A stretch of 64,000 nt of DNA, from positions 74,679 to 138,678 of the IMG/VR virus record IMGVR_UViG_3300043540_000091. One strand, 5' to 3'. The stretch is from a virus. Shown piece after piece: positions 1 through 10,044 of this stretch (position 1 is the stretch's first letter; every line of letters starts with the position of its first letter). The translations under genes were made by a program, and so were the position numbers. The notes beneath the pieces were generated by a model. The model saw only the letters and a program-made list of their open reading frames with translations. It searched no databases and had not been told where the DNA came from.

Positions 1-290
1 TTTGATCCGCCTGATTCAAGGTTGTATCCATTCGGCACTATAGACTTATGCTGAGCGATATGGAACCTCTCTAGGTCATCAAGAGCTTCTGGAAATGGAG
101 CTGACGCCAGAATTGCCACCTCAAAGTTATCCTTGCCATACTTCTGGATGGCCTTATGAAGCAAGAACTTCCTAGTCTGACTCGCGTAGCAGTGTTCGGC
201 CCATCGGCGTTCAATACCTTGAGAAGTTTGGCCGACGTACTTCTTGCCGTTGACCTTGTTTGTTATTAGATAAACGATGCCGCAGTTCAT
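1..290 (-). CDS. GIY-YIG homing endonuclease (runs off the window start)
   Basis: Not in ORF track. Manual translation from ATG 290: MNCGIVYLITNKVNGKKYVGQTSQGIERRWAEH...AIQKYGKDNF...NGYNL, i.e. IVY/YVG motifs plus conserved R and GYN. Confidence 0.9.
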   Translation of the reverse strand, partial: MNCGIVYLITNKVNGKKYVGQTSQGIERRWAEHCYASQTRKFLLHKAIQKYGKDNFEVAILASAPFPEALDDLERFHIAQHKSIVPNGYNLESGGS

Positions 291-297
291 ATCTCAC

Positions 298-305
298 AGA
301 TTAGG
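298..305 (-). promoter_or_regulatory. CCTAATCT candidate late promoter (copy 1)
   Basis: Same octamer seen 7 times upstream of minus-strand starts; 7 nt before ATG 290; contains the TAA stop of the upstream gene. Confidence 0.65.
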
Positions 306-1209
306 GTTCGTGTTTGCAACCAAGGGTACAAGTGTTACCGCTACTCTTTGAGAGTACATGCTCCTTCTCGTGCTCGATGTTGATCTCTAAGTATTCGTCA
401 TAACTGATGAAATTTGGCATCGGCGTGTCGGCGGAGGTCGGCTCTTCAGACTTGCGAACGCTCCAGTAGTCCTCATAGTAGTCATAGCCGATCGCCTTGA
501 AGACGATCGTGCCGGACTTATCGTACCCGAAGTTCGGAGGAACGAAGGCCATGATGTGTCGGCAGTGAGGATGAAGAGGCGACTGGTGCGGCGTCTTGCC
601 GTCCCATTCCTTAGGTTTGAAGTACCCTTCTCGGACCTGCGACAACCGATATGGTTTGGGGACCTGCAGATTGGACCGGTCATGGTACATGGACTTGCAG
701 TACTTGCAGATCTTATGGTCGGCGATGCCGAGAAACACGACGGTCGGATCTTTCACCTTGATGTCAGACGCCAACCTCGTGATACCCTCGCGAGAGGCGT
801 AGGCTTGAACGATGTGAGCCTCGTTCGCCACTAACATGTCAACGTATTCTCCGGCCTTGTCGAAGTGATTTCTGATATACCGGATCGCTTCCGATGGAGT
901 CTTTGCCTTGGCTACGTCGGCCAAGATATGATTCTTCACCTTCAGCTGCTGGGAGTCGAGGTAGTCGGACGTGATCTCGGCGAGATTCTTGATGTTCGAG
1001 ACGTTTGGCTTTGCGTCGGGACCGTATAGCATCTTCAAGGTGTACATGTAGATGCCTTCGATCGTGTGAAGAGGATCGGTCCGCTTCACGACCTCGAAGT
1101 AGATCTTCGGCCCTTTGAAGAGCTTGCCGAGAAGACCTGCCTTGGTACTCTCGAAGAGAGACTCGATGCGGCTGATGATTAAGCGGCGCTGGGCGTCGGT
1201 GAGCTTCAC
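301..1209 (-). CDS. Head morphogenesis protein (Mu gpF / SPP1 gp7-like)
   Basis: CKYC...PLHPHCRH motif; directly downstream of portal. Confidence 0.75.
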   Translation of the reverse strand: MKLTDAQRRLIISRIESLFESTKAGLLGKLFKGPKIYFEVVKRTDPLHTIEGIYMYTLKMLYGPDAKPNVSNIKNLAEITSDYLDSQQLKVKNHILADVAKAKTPSEAIRYIRNHFDKAGEYVDMLVANEAHIVQAYASREGITRLASDIKVKDPTVVFLGIADHKICKYCKSMYHDRSNLQVPKPYRLSQVREGYFKPKEWDGKTPHQSPLHPHCRHIMAFVPPNFGYDKSGTIVFKAIGYDYYEDYWSVRKSEEPTSADTPMPNFISYDEYLEINIEHEKEHVLSKSSGNTCTLGCKHEP

Positions 1210-3387
1210 CTACTCTCCCTTCTTGTCGTCCTTGATCACCTTGGACATGTCGGCGACGGCCTTCTTCGCTTCCTTGCGCCAGCGCTCCATGTGAGCGTCG
1301 ACAAGGTCGTTGTGTCTGCGAAGCAACTTTCTCGAGATCGAGTTGTGATTGTTCTTGATGGCCTTCTCCAAGACGACATAGTTTGCGGCAGCCCACTGAA
1401 TGTTCTTGGTTGAGATCTCCTTGATCTGATCAAGAGGCTTCTCTGCCTTGGACGTCTGTTCCGGCGGTGGATTGGAGTCTCCCGAATCTTGGTTAGAATC
1501 ACCGGAGTCACCCGAATCTGGGTTACCCTCGTCTTCTCCTCCCTCTTCGGGACCTCCCGCTGAGGTTTGCATGGCCTGCTGCTGTACCATCATCTCCTGC
1601 TGCATGGCGATCTGAGCCTTCTGAAGCACGATCTGTTGTTGCTGGAACCAGAACGGATCACGGATGTACTGATAGCGAGGATCTTGTGCTGCGCCCTTCT
1701 GCTTGAAGAGATTCTCTAGGATCACGCCGACCGGCACGTACTTATCAAGGACGGCCTGCATCTGCGGGTTCAGAGGGAAGTCGCCGCCAAGCTCGGCGGG
1801 GACCGGATTCTTCTCCACCTGCTTCATGACCTCGTTGTAGGTCATATGGACGGCCATGTCCTGCTGGAGTCGAGTGTTCTCCTTCTCGGGAGAGTCCTTC
1901 TCGAGACCTGTCATAACGATCTGGTGAGTCTTTGCAAGCTCGGAGTCGACGAACGGGAGGATGTGACTGTTGAGGAAATCCTGGATGTCCTGCAGCAACG
2001 GGCGCAAACCCACGTCGCGAGCAGCTGTGAGCTTCCATTCGTTGTCAGACTCGGAGAGGGCCTGAGTGTTCGTGCCGCGAGCAAGGTGCGCGTAGCCAGG
2101 AAGCTCTTCAGGAGACATCTGGAATGACGACAGGATCACACGAGCGTTGTTGTCCATGAGGTACTGGAACTCGGCGTCGCGGCCAGAATTATCGATCGGC
2201 TGCCATGAGAGTTCATCGTCAGTTCCGACGCCGAACACCGGCATGCGCCATGCGTTCTGGACAGAGTTGATGGACTGGTGGAACTGCAAGCGGATGCGCT
2301 GTACTGCCGCCTCATCGACGGAGTCAGACTTGAAGATTAACATTCCCTTTGCTGCGCGACCGTGCTGGAAGTACAGCTTGTTGTGCACCGTGATGTTGAT
2401 ATGAGTCGTGATGGCGTTCAAGGCCTGATCGATTGGAGTTAGCGGATAGCCAGAGAACTCGACGTTGGTAGTCGGGTACAGATTGTAGACCACCATCTCA
2501 TCTTCTGTGAAGGCCTGAGATGGTTTACCTTCGATCACCTGAACGTAGCGGTATTCATCTTTCTTGTACTTCTCGATGTCGATCTTCTTGTTCTTCAGCT
2601 CAGACAATAGGCGGATGGCTTCAGTCCGAAGCGACTGGTCTTGCTCCTTCTTGGGCATGACCTTGTACATGGTACCAGCGTCGGATGCACGCCACGCGTA
2701 CAGCTCGCTCTTACCGGTCTTGATGTTGCGTTTCCAAACTCGTTCACATGCGAAGCGTCCGTACGCTAAGCCATCGCGAGTGATCAGCTTCAGGAACTGA
2801 CTGAGGTTCACCTGGTTCAACTCATCGTCGAGAGCGCCATGGCCACAGCGCCACAGTATCTTCTTGGCACCGTCGATACGCTCTTGGATTTGCTTTGCTT
2901 CTTCCTCTGAGCGCTTGCGGTTCTTGTCCATTTCCTGGAACTCGAAACCCATGGAGAATCGATCGGTGCGAGGACGACCGAACGAGCCGATCATGTTAGA
3001 GCGTGCTTGTAAGATCTGGTTGACAAGCTCGTCGCCGCCAGGACCTGTGATGCGTTTCAAGATATGGTCAGGAGTAAGGTTGGATTTTAGTCGATAGAAG
3101 CCCATCCCCGTCGCATAGTTTGCGCGTGGATCGACCTCGAACGCCATCCGGTCTACGCCGTCAGGCTGAGAAGCTATACGTTCGTTCTGTTGCCGGATGG
3201 ACTTTAGGATGAGGCCAAGTACAGAGTTACCTTCCGCCTTCTCGAACGGTTCGCCCTTGTCGGCTGCGGCATTCTGCGCCTCCCGATCTGCCTCTTCCTT
3301 CTTCAAGAGGTTATACGAGTTCATGTCCAGCGCAACTATCTGCTGGACATGCTTAGCCGGTTTTGGACCGCTCTTATCTTTGGCCAC
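1210..3387 (-). CDS. Portal protein
   Basis: 725 aa; portal-like segments GYPLTPIDQA, YFQHG..AKGML, DAEFQYL, FQMSPEEL, GLRPLL; in terminase/head cluster. Confidence 0.85.
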   Translation of the reverse strand: MAKDKSGPKPAKHVQQIVALDMNSYNLLKKEEADREAQNAAADKGEPFEKAEGNSVLGLILKSIRQQNERIASQPDGVDRMAFEVDPRANYATGMGFYRLKSNLTPDHILKRITGPGGDELVNQILQARSNMIGSFGRPRTDRFSMGFEFQEMDKNRKRSEEEAKQIQERIDGAKKILWRCGHGALDDELNQVNLSQFLKLITRDGLAYGRFACERVWKRNIKTGKSELYAWRASDAGTMYKVMPKKEQDQSLRTEAIRLLSELKNKKIDIEKYKKDEYRYVQVIEGKPSQAFTEDEMVVYNLYPTTNVEFSGYPLTPIDQALNAITTHINITVHNKLYFQHGRAAKGMLIFKSDSVDEAAVQRIRLQFHQSINSVQNAWRMPVFGVGTDDELSWQPIDNSGRDAEFQYLMDNNARVILSSFQMSPEELPGYAHLARGTNTQALSESDNEWKLTAARDVGLRPLLQDIQDFLNSHILPFVDSELAKTHQIVMTGLEKDSPEKENTRLQQDMAVHMTYNEVMKQVEKNPVPAELGGDFPLNPQMQAVLDKYVPVGVILENLFKQKGAAQDPRYQYIRDPFWFQQQQIVLQKAQIAMQQEMMVQQQAMQTSAGGPEEGGEDEGNPDSGDSGDSNQDSGDSNPPPEQTSKAEKPLDQIKEISTKNIQWAAANYVVLEKAIKNNHNSISRKLLRRHNDLVDAHMERWRKEAKKAVADMSKVIKDDKKGE

Positions 3388-3391
3388 TCAG

Positions 3392-4366
3392 TTACTCCAC
3401 CGTGAAGAACTTGATCGTGCAACTGTTCACTGACAGGTTCTTTACCTGGCAGGCATACGCGTCTCCCCATTTCTGGTGCACGCCACGCAGCATTGGGTTA
3501 CCAGCCTCGATGGGCTGGAGGACGTTCAGATCGTCTGTCTGACCGTTGAACCGAATCGAACACACCTGATCCACCTCACAGTAGATCATACGCTTAACTC
3601 CGGTGTAGAACACGATCGAGCCAGGAACATACATAAGGCCGGTCTCTTCCGGAATAGCGGCGGTAGACACGAAGTCGATCGCGGTCGGAGTCGAGTTCAG
3701 GACCGTGTAGGTCCGCTGGGAAACCTGGCTGAAGGTACCGTTGATCTGGAACTGCATTCCAGGCCGGATTGTATCGTCCGCGAAGAACTGTACGTCGGAG
3801 CCTACCGACGCAACGGTTTCAGCAACGGCCTCGAAGGGTTCGCCAACCTGACGAACGCACGAGACCTTGGTACCATTGACTCCAATAACCTTCCAGATAC
3901 CTGAATTTATTGGATTAAACTGAAAAGGTCCAGTGTCATACGTGTTGTCGCCATTGATCTTCATGATGTCGCCGACGACGATGGGAAGCGTTGCGCCGGT
4001 GAAGTCAAAGACGGCCACAGACTGGTTGTTCACGGTCACGGTGCACTGGCCGAGACCGGCGGCTGCGCGTGGCGTACGGAAGGCATATGGTCCGGAGGCA
4101 ACTTCGAGGCGATAGACGCTGTCCTGGGCGCTGACTTGGGTAATCTGGACCATGGAAGATATGAGAAGACCGGTGGACACCGTGTTCTGGACGATGGTGA
4201 ATACTTCTCCAGGCGCGAGAGTCTTCGAGTCGCCTGACGGGTTCTTACAAGCAATGGCTTCAAGCCTGCGACGGTGATCAAACGCCCGTTCGTGCGGATT
4301 GTCCGTCACTGAGGGATCTGAATAACACAGTAGCTGGTTGATAAGATTGAGGATATGGTCATTCAT
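3392..4366 (-). CDS. Putative virion structural protein
   Basis: 324-aa beta-rich ORF between terminase and portal, preceded by CCTAATCT. Confidence 0.5.
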   Translation of the reverse strand: MNDHILNLINQLLCYSDPSVTDNPHERAFDHRRRLEAIACKNPSGDSKTLAPGEVFTIVQNTVSTGLLISSMVQITQVSAQDSVYRLEVASGPYAFRTPRAAAGLGQCTVTVNNQSVAVFDFTGATLPIVVGDIMKINGDNTYDTGPFQFNPINSGIWKVIGVNGTKVSCVRQVGEPFEAVAETVASVGSDVQFFADDTIRPGMQFQINGTFSQVSQRTYTVLNSTPTAIDFVSTAAIPEETGLMYVPGSIVFYTGVKRMIYCEVDQVCSIRFNGQTDDLNVLQPIEAGNPMLRGVHQKWGDAYACQVKNLSVNSCTIKFFTVE

Positions 4367-4396
4367 CGTCTACCGCCTATACTCCAAGTACTTGAA

Positions 4397-4404
4397 AGAT
4401 TAGG
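4397..4404 (-). promoter_or_regulatory. CCTAATCT candidate late promoter (copy 2)
   Basis: Overlaps terL stop; about 30 nt upstream of ATG 4366. Confidence 0.65.
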
Positions 4405-6283
4405 TATCTTCATCGTCAGCTCCGAAGTCCCAGATCACGTTTCCGTCCGCAGACTTGCCCTGCGGGGCACCCTTGTCCGCCGTGGCTAAATTTCGCACCT
4501 TCTGAGTCATCCAGTCCTCGAATCTGTTGTCCTTGCCGAACTCCGACATCTTAGGCATGGTATCCTGACTCGGGGATACCGCGCTACCCTTCGGACGGAA
4601 CAGGTTCTGGGCCTGATAACGTACGGTGTCCGCGATATCTGCGTATTCCCCGTCATCTGGATCTTTGGTTATGTTTCCTAGGGTATCCAGCTTGAAGCAA
4701 TGCTCGGCGAACATCTTGATGAACAGCTCGGTGCGCTCATGTTTGATCACCTTCAGCGACCTCTGGCCGCCAGCATTGATGATCTGACCGCGAACGGCCT
4801 CGATGCCGCCGCGAACGTCCTTGACGAAGTCTTGGCATGGCATTCGGCGCTTCTTGAACTCCTTGATGAACATGGGCTCAGATGTATCCGCGAACCACTT
4901 TACGACTCGGTACATGTCGCGGACGGATATCGCGAGGTCGATCATCTGCTGGAACTCAAGTCCTGGAACCGAGTATGCGTCGATCAACCACCACTCGTTC
5001 TGGATCTTCGCGCTGACGGATATGGCGAAGGCGTGCGTCGTACCCCAGTCGACACCGGCGTAGAACTTGATATCGCGCTGCAACATGAGAGTGACGAGAT
5101 CGTTCAGCGTAGCGTAACCTGGCATCTTCTCGCCGGTATAATGCTCCCACGCCTGGGCCAGAGAGTAGGTGTTGGCGGTACCGTCGTCCTTGTCAAGGAA
5201 ACGTGGATACACCATCCCTTGCGAAGATGGTTTCCAGCACATCAGCTGTGCTTCTGCCAGATCAGGATCGTCGTTCGAGAAGAACTGAGAGATCGTGAAG
5301 TCGATCGGCTTCCAGAGTCCGCCCTTGTCGTTCTCCGACCGGTGAGCGAGCCGTCCGCGACAGACCGGTAGCAAGGGACACTTCGCGCATCCTCCCATGG
5401 CCTCGATCTCGTCATATGCGTCCTTCTCTCGATCGGCCAAGGATTCAAACTGGTCCTTGGTTATCGTCTTGAGCGGGAGGTTCTTGGCGACGTACACGGT
5501 CTCCTTAGGAAGATCAGGTCGATGACGCTCAGGCTGGCACTTCTCCGTGATGTCTATGATGTTCCATCGGAAGATCCTATATCCATACTTACGCGCCTTG
5601 TCCATCTCTTTCGAGAACAGGCCGCCTGGGAACTTCATCGTAGAAGTCTTGATGGTTACTGGATGCTGACCGTTGAACACTCCAGGGATGAATCGAGCTT
5701 CCTTGTACGCGCGTTGCTGTTCCTTGGAGCGAATCGTGTCGATCTCGTCGATCGTGAAGATATTCGTATGAGCGCTGTTCGCTCCAGTGATGGTACACAC
5801 GATGATCTTCATGTACGCGGTTCGTTCCGTTGGCAAACCTTCGTCAAACTTCAGCGAGATTTCCTTGGCGTTCTGGGCGTCGAGAGTGATCTTGTGGTAA
5901 TCGAGGTACGGCTTGATCTTCTGGATGAAGCTCTCGATGTATGTCTGCGCAGCCGTAGCCTGTGGCACGATCGCGGCCATGTGAGCGATGGAAGCTCCGA
6001 ACTGCGCCATCATGATGATTGCGAAGACAGCTTCCGACAAAGTCTTGTAAGATTCACGAGAAGAGATGACTATCGTATCGGGCGATAGATTGGCCTGGTT
6101 CGCCTCGTACATTTTGTATGTCTCGTAGATCCAATGTATCGGACTGGAGTTACTGTCCGGATCTACCCACGAGTCTGGGAACTCGAGGTCGAGGAAGTTA
6201 TGAATCCACTGCTTCACATGCTCAGGCGTAGTGAATCGAACAAGGAACGTCTTTGCTAAGTTCTCGTCGATCTTAACGGCCAT
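4400..6283 (-). CDS. terL: Terminase large subunit
   Basis: Walker A-like SSRESYKT, Walker B IFTIDEID, nuclease GVDWG and C-terminal DIADTVRY; upstream of portal. Confidence 0.88.
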   Translation of the reverse strand: MAVKIDENLAKTFLVRFTTPEHVKQWIHNFLDLEFPDSWVDPDSNSSPIHWIYETYKMYEANQANLSPDTIVISSRESYKTLSEAVFAIIMMAQFGASIAHMAAIVPQATAAQTYIESFIQKIKPYLDYHKITLDAQNAKEISLKFDEGLPTERTAYMKIIVCTITGANSAHTNIFTIDEIDTIRSKEQQRAYKEARFIPGVFNGQHPVTIKTSTMKFPGGLFSKEMDKARKYGYRIFRWNIIDITEKCQPERHRPDLPKETVYVAKNLPLKTITKDQFESLADREKDAYDEIEAMGGCAKCPLLPVCRGRLAHRSENDKGGLWKPIDFTISQFFSNDDPDLAEAQLMCWKPSSQGMVYPRFLDKDDGTANTYSLAQAWEHYTGEKMPGYATLNDLVTLMLQRDIKFYAGVDWGTTHAFAISVSAKIQNEWWLIDAYSVPGLEFQQMIDLAISVRDMYRVVKWFADTSEPMFIKEFKKRRMPCQDFVKDVRGGIEAVRGQIINAGGQRSLKVIKHERTELFIKMFAEHCFKLDTLGNITKDPDDGEYADIADTVRYQAQNLFRPKGSAVSPSQDTMPKMSEFGKDNRFEDWMTQKVRNLATADKGAPQGKSADGNVIWDFGADDEDT

Positions 6284-6686
6284 GAAGCGGCGTCCTCATA
6301 AGGCCTGCGGACTCGAGATCCGCATCCGTCAGGGACGCAAGCTGAACATCGTTCTTGGTGAGGAGAAGTATGGCCTTATCCTTGCCATGACCTCTCAAGT
6401 AGTCCCTGATATGGTTGAAAGTATCGTACCGAAGCATGCGCTCATCCGCGACCTTGATCCACACGATGTCGCCGAGGCGATTGAAGTCCACCAGCTCGAG
6501 CTGGCTGCGGACGTCCAGTGATGTATTCCGGTCCAGCCGAGCGACATCGGCGCGAAGCTTGGCGATCTCGAGGGCGGCGTCCTTCAACGTGATGCGATAC
6601 ACGTTGTTGAGGCCCATGATCGAGCACAGTTTGTCGTGCAGCCACAGTTTGATCTGAAAGATGGTGACCTTAAGACTTTGCATCAC
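6273..6686 (-). CDS. Hypothetical protein (related to 41406 and 61792 ORFs)
   Basis: Overlaps both neighbours; shares C-terminal L(T/S)DxDL..GL.R with the 41406 ORF. Confidence 0.6.
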   Translation of the reverse strand: MMQSLKVTIFQIKLWLHDKLCSIMGLNNVYRITLKDAALEIAKLRADVARLDRNTSLDVRSQLELVDFNRLGDIVWIKVADERMLRYDTFNHIRDYLRGHGKDKAILLLTKNDVQLASLTDADLESAGLMRTPLHGR

Positions 6687-7320
6687 TCACCGCTTTCTTC
6701 TTCTTGGCGTCTGACATGATCTTGAGTACCGCAGCCGCGTCTTCAGGAGACAGATCGCTCGTTCCCGTGTTCACGTTTACGTTGAAGTTCTGGGTATTCT
6801 CTGTCTTAGTCTTGATGACTCGATCCTGTCCCGTGATCTTTAACAGGCCTTCCGTGACCTTGAGCAAACCTTGCAAGGATTCGATGTTTATGACGCCGTC
6901 GAGGTCCTTCTCGTCGCCCGACTGGATGAACTTCTTGAGCTTGTCGCTATGCTTGCGCCGAGCGGCGGCCAGCATGTCGGTCATGAGTTCAGTCGTTTCC
7001 ATCTGGGCCTTTAGGACCTTGGTCTTGATCTTGTCCTGAAGCTCGCTGCAGTAGTCGTCGCGCTTCTGAGTCCACTTGTACCTGACCTGGGCATCGAGGA
7101 TACCTCCAAGAGGAAAAGCCTTGTTTATACGCTGGATCTCGCGAGCGTCAGATCCATTGAGAAATAGTTCAAACATCCGTGCGCTCGCATCCGGTGACAG
7201 CGGATGTCCACCTGCAGCTAAGTACTCAGTAAGAACTGTCAGATCCTCCGGTGAGAGGTCTGTATTGGCGTACGCTACGTACTCTTCTGGTCTATAAAGC
7301 TGCAAGGACTTCTCTGCCAT
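6670..7320 (-). CDS. Probable terminase small subunit / DNA-binding protein
   Basis: Helical protein ending ENTQNFNVNVNTGTSDLSPED, two genes upstream of terL; start moved to ATG 7320. Confidence 0.45.
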   Translation of the reverse strand: MAEKSLQLYRPEEYVAYANTDLSPEDLTVLTEYLAAGGHPLSPDASARMFELFLNGSDAREIQRINKAFPLGGILDAQVRYKWTQKRDDYCSELQDKIKTKVLKAQMETTELMTDMLAAARRKHSDKLKKFIQSGDEKDLDGVINIESLQGLLKVTEGLLKITGQDRVIKTKTENTQNFNVNVNTGTSDLSPEDAAAVLKIMSDAKKKKAVSDAKS

Positions 7321-7326
7321 GCCAGT

Positions 7327-7337
7327 ATAATACCACA
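7327..7337 (-). promoter_or_regulatory. Extended -10 promoter TGTGGTATTAT, leaderless spacing
   Basis: TGGTATnRT motif 6 nt upstream of ATG 7320; no SD. Confidence 0.6.
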
Positions 7338-7338
7338 C

Positions 7339-7668
7339 TTAGTGGGTAGCGCTATCGAAGACTCTCTTCTTGTTGACCTTGACTACGACTCTGGTCTCGT
7401 CCCATAGGATGGTCCTTACCCATACGAGGATATTCTTGAACAGTTCCTTCTCGAACTTGGTTTCCTTGTACTTCGGAGACTCGCACTCGAGGGTGACGGC
7501 CTTGTTCTCCGGATCAACCTTGGCTACAACCCTGGCTATCTGCTTGCTTAGCCTGGGCCAGCTGATCAGCTGAAGCTTCTGGGCCTCATGGATGCCGCCG
7601 GTACGGACGGTCATCGCCTTCAGGTGCATGAGCTGTTCCATGACGTTCGTTTCATTGACGCCGCTCAT
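7339..7668 (-). CDS. Hypothetical protein
   Basis: ATG 7668 overlaps stop of nuclease gene; in operon. Confidence 0.6.
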   Translation of the reverse strand: MSGVNETNVMEQLMHLKAMTVRTGGIHEAQKLQLISWPRLSKQIARVVAKVDPENKAVTLECESPKYKETKFEKELFKNILVWVRTILWDETRVVVKVNKKRVFDSATH

Positions 7669-8738
7669 ATGTTGCCGTTCCTCAAGGTCGGGCACATGTC
7701 GTACACCTTCTTGAGAACTTCCTCTTGTATATCCTTCGGGACCTGATTGATCTCGAAGAACTCGCTCGAGAACTTGATGAACGATGCTGGCACGCCTTCC
7801 GACTCTTTCACCGACACTTTTACCGATTCATCGGTATAGGTGGAGCTTGCCTTGATGCCTCCTGGCAGCTGGCGCTCCGTCTTCTTGACGAAGTCCTTCG
7901 TTCCTGTGATGTGAACGTAAACTCGGTTGGCCTTGATCTTCTTGACGACCTCTTCAACCTTGGCGATCTGCTCGGCGGCGCTTGGACCTTCCTCGATCGA
8001 CAACTTCGTGAACGGAGACCAGACTTCCCACGGAGTCTCCTGGAAGTAGATCTCGCCGGTGCTCAAGGTCATCACATGGATACCCTTCACGGTACCAACA
8101 TCTGACTTGTTGAGATGTCGTGGTGTTCCGAAGTAGTAGATGTTGTCACCAAGACGCTGGCAGAGATGAATATGACCAGAGAAGAACTGCAGGTCCTTCG
8201 GGTAGCGATCGATCTTGAAACCGTGCGGCGCGTAGTATCCTGACTCAAACTGCGCTCCGTCAAACTCAGCGTGGCAGAAGATCTTCCGTGCGCCCTTGTT
8301 GTAGAGTTCCATCACCTTTGAGTAGAACTTCTCCTCGTTCCGGATGAATCCAATGATTCCGACCGTGTCCGTGAGCATTGAACCTTCAGCTCCTGTAACG
8401 ACAGTGTAGTCGCCGTGGACGTCCAAGGCGTTGGCGGTCTCCTGCTGGTTCATGTCATGATTGCCGACGATCGACTCAGACGGATAACCAAGGTTGACAA
8501 GGATGTACTTGTACGCCCAGGTCCAGAACTGTTCGATCAATACTTCCTTCACGCCGAACTTGTCGTACAGATCTCCCATGAAGATCGGTACGGCCTTCTT
8601 GCCGGTTGTGGCGGAGATATGAAGAACGCCTGCGACGAGCCACTTGATGAACGCAGTAGCCTCGGCTATGTTGCCCTCGTCTACGTGCATGTCACCTACC
8701 GGAACCAGGATCTCTGGCTTGAATGGTCTCTCGATCAC
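7665..8738 (-). CDS. sbcD: Mre11/SbcD-like nuclease subunit (T4 gp47-like)
   Basis: Metallophosphoesterase motifs GDMH, GDLYD, GNHD, FCH, SGHIH; partner ATPase at 16851. Confidence 0.8.
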   Translation of the reverse strand: MIERPFKPEILVPVGDMHVDEGNIAEATAFIKWLVAGVLHISATTGKKAVPIFMGDLYDKFGVKEVLIEQFWTWAYKYILVNLGYPSESIVGNHDMNQQETANALDVHGDYTVVTGAEGSMLTDTVGIIGFIRNEEKFYSKVMELYNKGARKIFCHAEFDGAQFESGYYAPHGFKIDRYPKDLQFFSGHIHLCQRLGDNIYYFGTPRHLNKSDVGTVKGIHVMTLSTGEIYFQETPWEVWSPFTKLSIEEGPSAAEQIAKVEEVVKKIKANRVYVHITGTKDFVKKTERQLPGGIKASSTYTDESVKVSVKESEGVPASFIKFSSEFFEINQVPKDIQEEVLKKVYDMCPTLRNGNI

Positions 8739-9025
8739 TCGGCCTTCCTGTATCCAAAAACATACGCTTCAGGGCACAGAACGAACATGACGTCGCCGTA
8801 GCGGTACAGGCTGAGCTTCTGGAATGCGGCCTCTCCCTTGAGGAGTGCCTTGTCGCCAGCCTTCAGTTGAACTCCATCAAGAATGTAGTCCATCATTAGC
8901 TCGGCCTCGATGACCTCGACGCGAGCGACTGCCCGAGCGATACCTCCGGTAAGCTCGACGTCGACCTTCTTTGCTTCAAACGGTTTTAGGGCGAGTTCGC
9001 CCTTCTTCGTTCCCGTGACCATCAA
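8735..9025 (-). CDS. GroES-like co-chaperonin
   Basis: 96 aa; mobile-loop-like TGGI, LKAGDKAL, C-terminal FVLCPEAYVFG; GroEL present in window. Confidence 0.55.
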   Translation of the reverse strand: MMVTGTKKGELALKPFEAKKVDVELTGGIARAVARVEVIEAELMMDYILDGVQLKAGDKALLKGEAAFQKLSLYRYGDVMFVLCPEAYVFGYRKAE

Positions 9026-10044
9026 TCCTCCGTTATGATACCGTACATCTCGCCATGCTTCATGACGAGGACCTTCTTCTCAATCAGTTTAAGCCGCTCC
9101 AGCTGAACTGTCAACTTGGTGCGCAGCTCCTTGTTCTCGACCTTGTCGATCTCACTGTCAGGATCTCCTACGGTCTCGGACATCGGCCTGGAACCTTCTG
9201 AACTATAGTCTAGGCTCGCTACGCTCGTGGTCGCGGCCTCAAGCTCAGCGATGTAGGACGCCGTGACTCCATTGAAGCTCTCGTTCACGAACTTCACCAG
9301 CTCTTCCTCAGTGATGTTCTCATTGTTCTTTCGAGCCATCCGGACTCGGTACAAAATCCTGCGATCCTTCGGCGACAGCTTGATCAAGGTCGAGCTGTAA
9401 TCTTCCGACATGTTCAGTCCCATGCGCCCGATAGCCGTAGACCGGAATACGGTCTTGTATGGAGGTACGAAGTTATCGATCGCCTCGAGAAGTCCCTTTC
9501 CGGAATCTTGGATAAGGTCCATGTACTCTACGTGGTTATGAGGCACGTTCGACCAGAAGCGCTTGGCCCAGTGAATCGCCAACGGAAGATTGTTCTCGCA
9601 GAGAAGTTGCCGATGCTGAAGGATGGCTTCGTAGGTCTTCTGAAGACGCGCACGCGATCTGCCGTTGTAGTGGTTGACGCCGTTCTTGTCCTTATCCAGT
9701 ACCCACTTGGCAAACAGATAGTTGATCCGGAAACGATGAAGCTTGCGCGGATTGCCCTCCTTGAGGATGGGGAACATTCGGTCGGAGAACGTATCTTGGC
9801 GTTCCCTGAAGTACGGCCTGACGGACAGCTTGTTCTTCTTGTTGTTGAGGATGAAATTCATGAACTTCTTGTAAGAAACGTGACCAGACTGGCTTGCGAG
9901 CAGGATTCTCTTGAACTCATTCTCGAGTCTGAAAAGCTCGTTGAGGAGCTGGCGCTGCGACTTGCCGTTAACCTCTTCGTTCTCGCGGAGCATATCGTCC
10001 ATCTCGCTGACGAACTTGCGGAAAAGATTAACTCCTTCGCTCAT
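9022..10044 (-). CDS. Sigma-70 family RNA polymerase sigma factor
   Basis: Region 2 LCENNLPLAIHWAKRF...YMDLIQDSGKGLLEAIDNF; region 3 SLD; region 4 truncated after LKLIEKKVLVMKHG. Confidence 0.8.
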   Translation of the reverse strand: MSEGVNLFRKFVSEMDDMLRENEEVNGKSQRQLLNELFRLENEFKRILLASQSGHVSYKKFMNFILNNKKNKLSVRPYFRERQDTFSDRMFPILKEGNPRKLHRFRINYLFAKWVLDKDKNGVNHYNGRSRARLQKTYEAILQHRQLLCENNLPLAIHWAKRFWSNVPHNHVEYMDLIQDSGKGLLEAIDNFVPPYKTVFRSTAIGRMGLNMSEDYSSTLIKLSPKDRRILYRVRMARKNNENITEEELVKFVNESFNGVTASYIAELEAATTSVASLDYSSEGSRPMSETVGDPDSEIDKVENKELRTKLTVQLERLKLIEKKVLVMKHGEMYGIITED

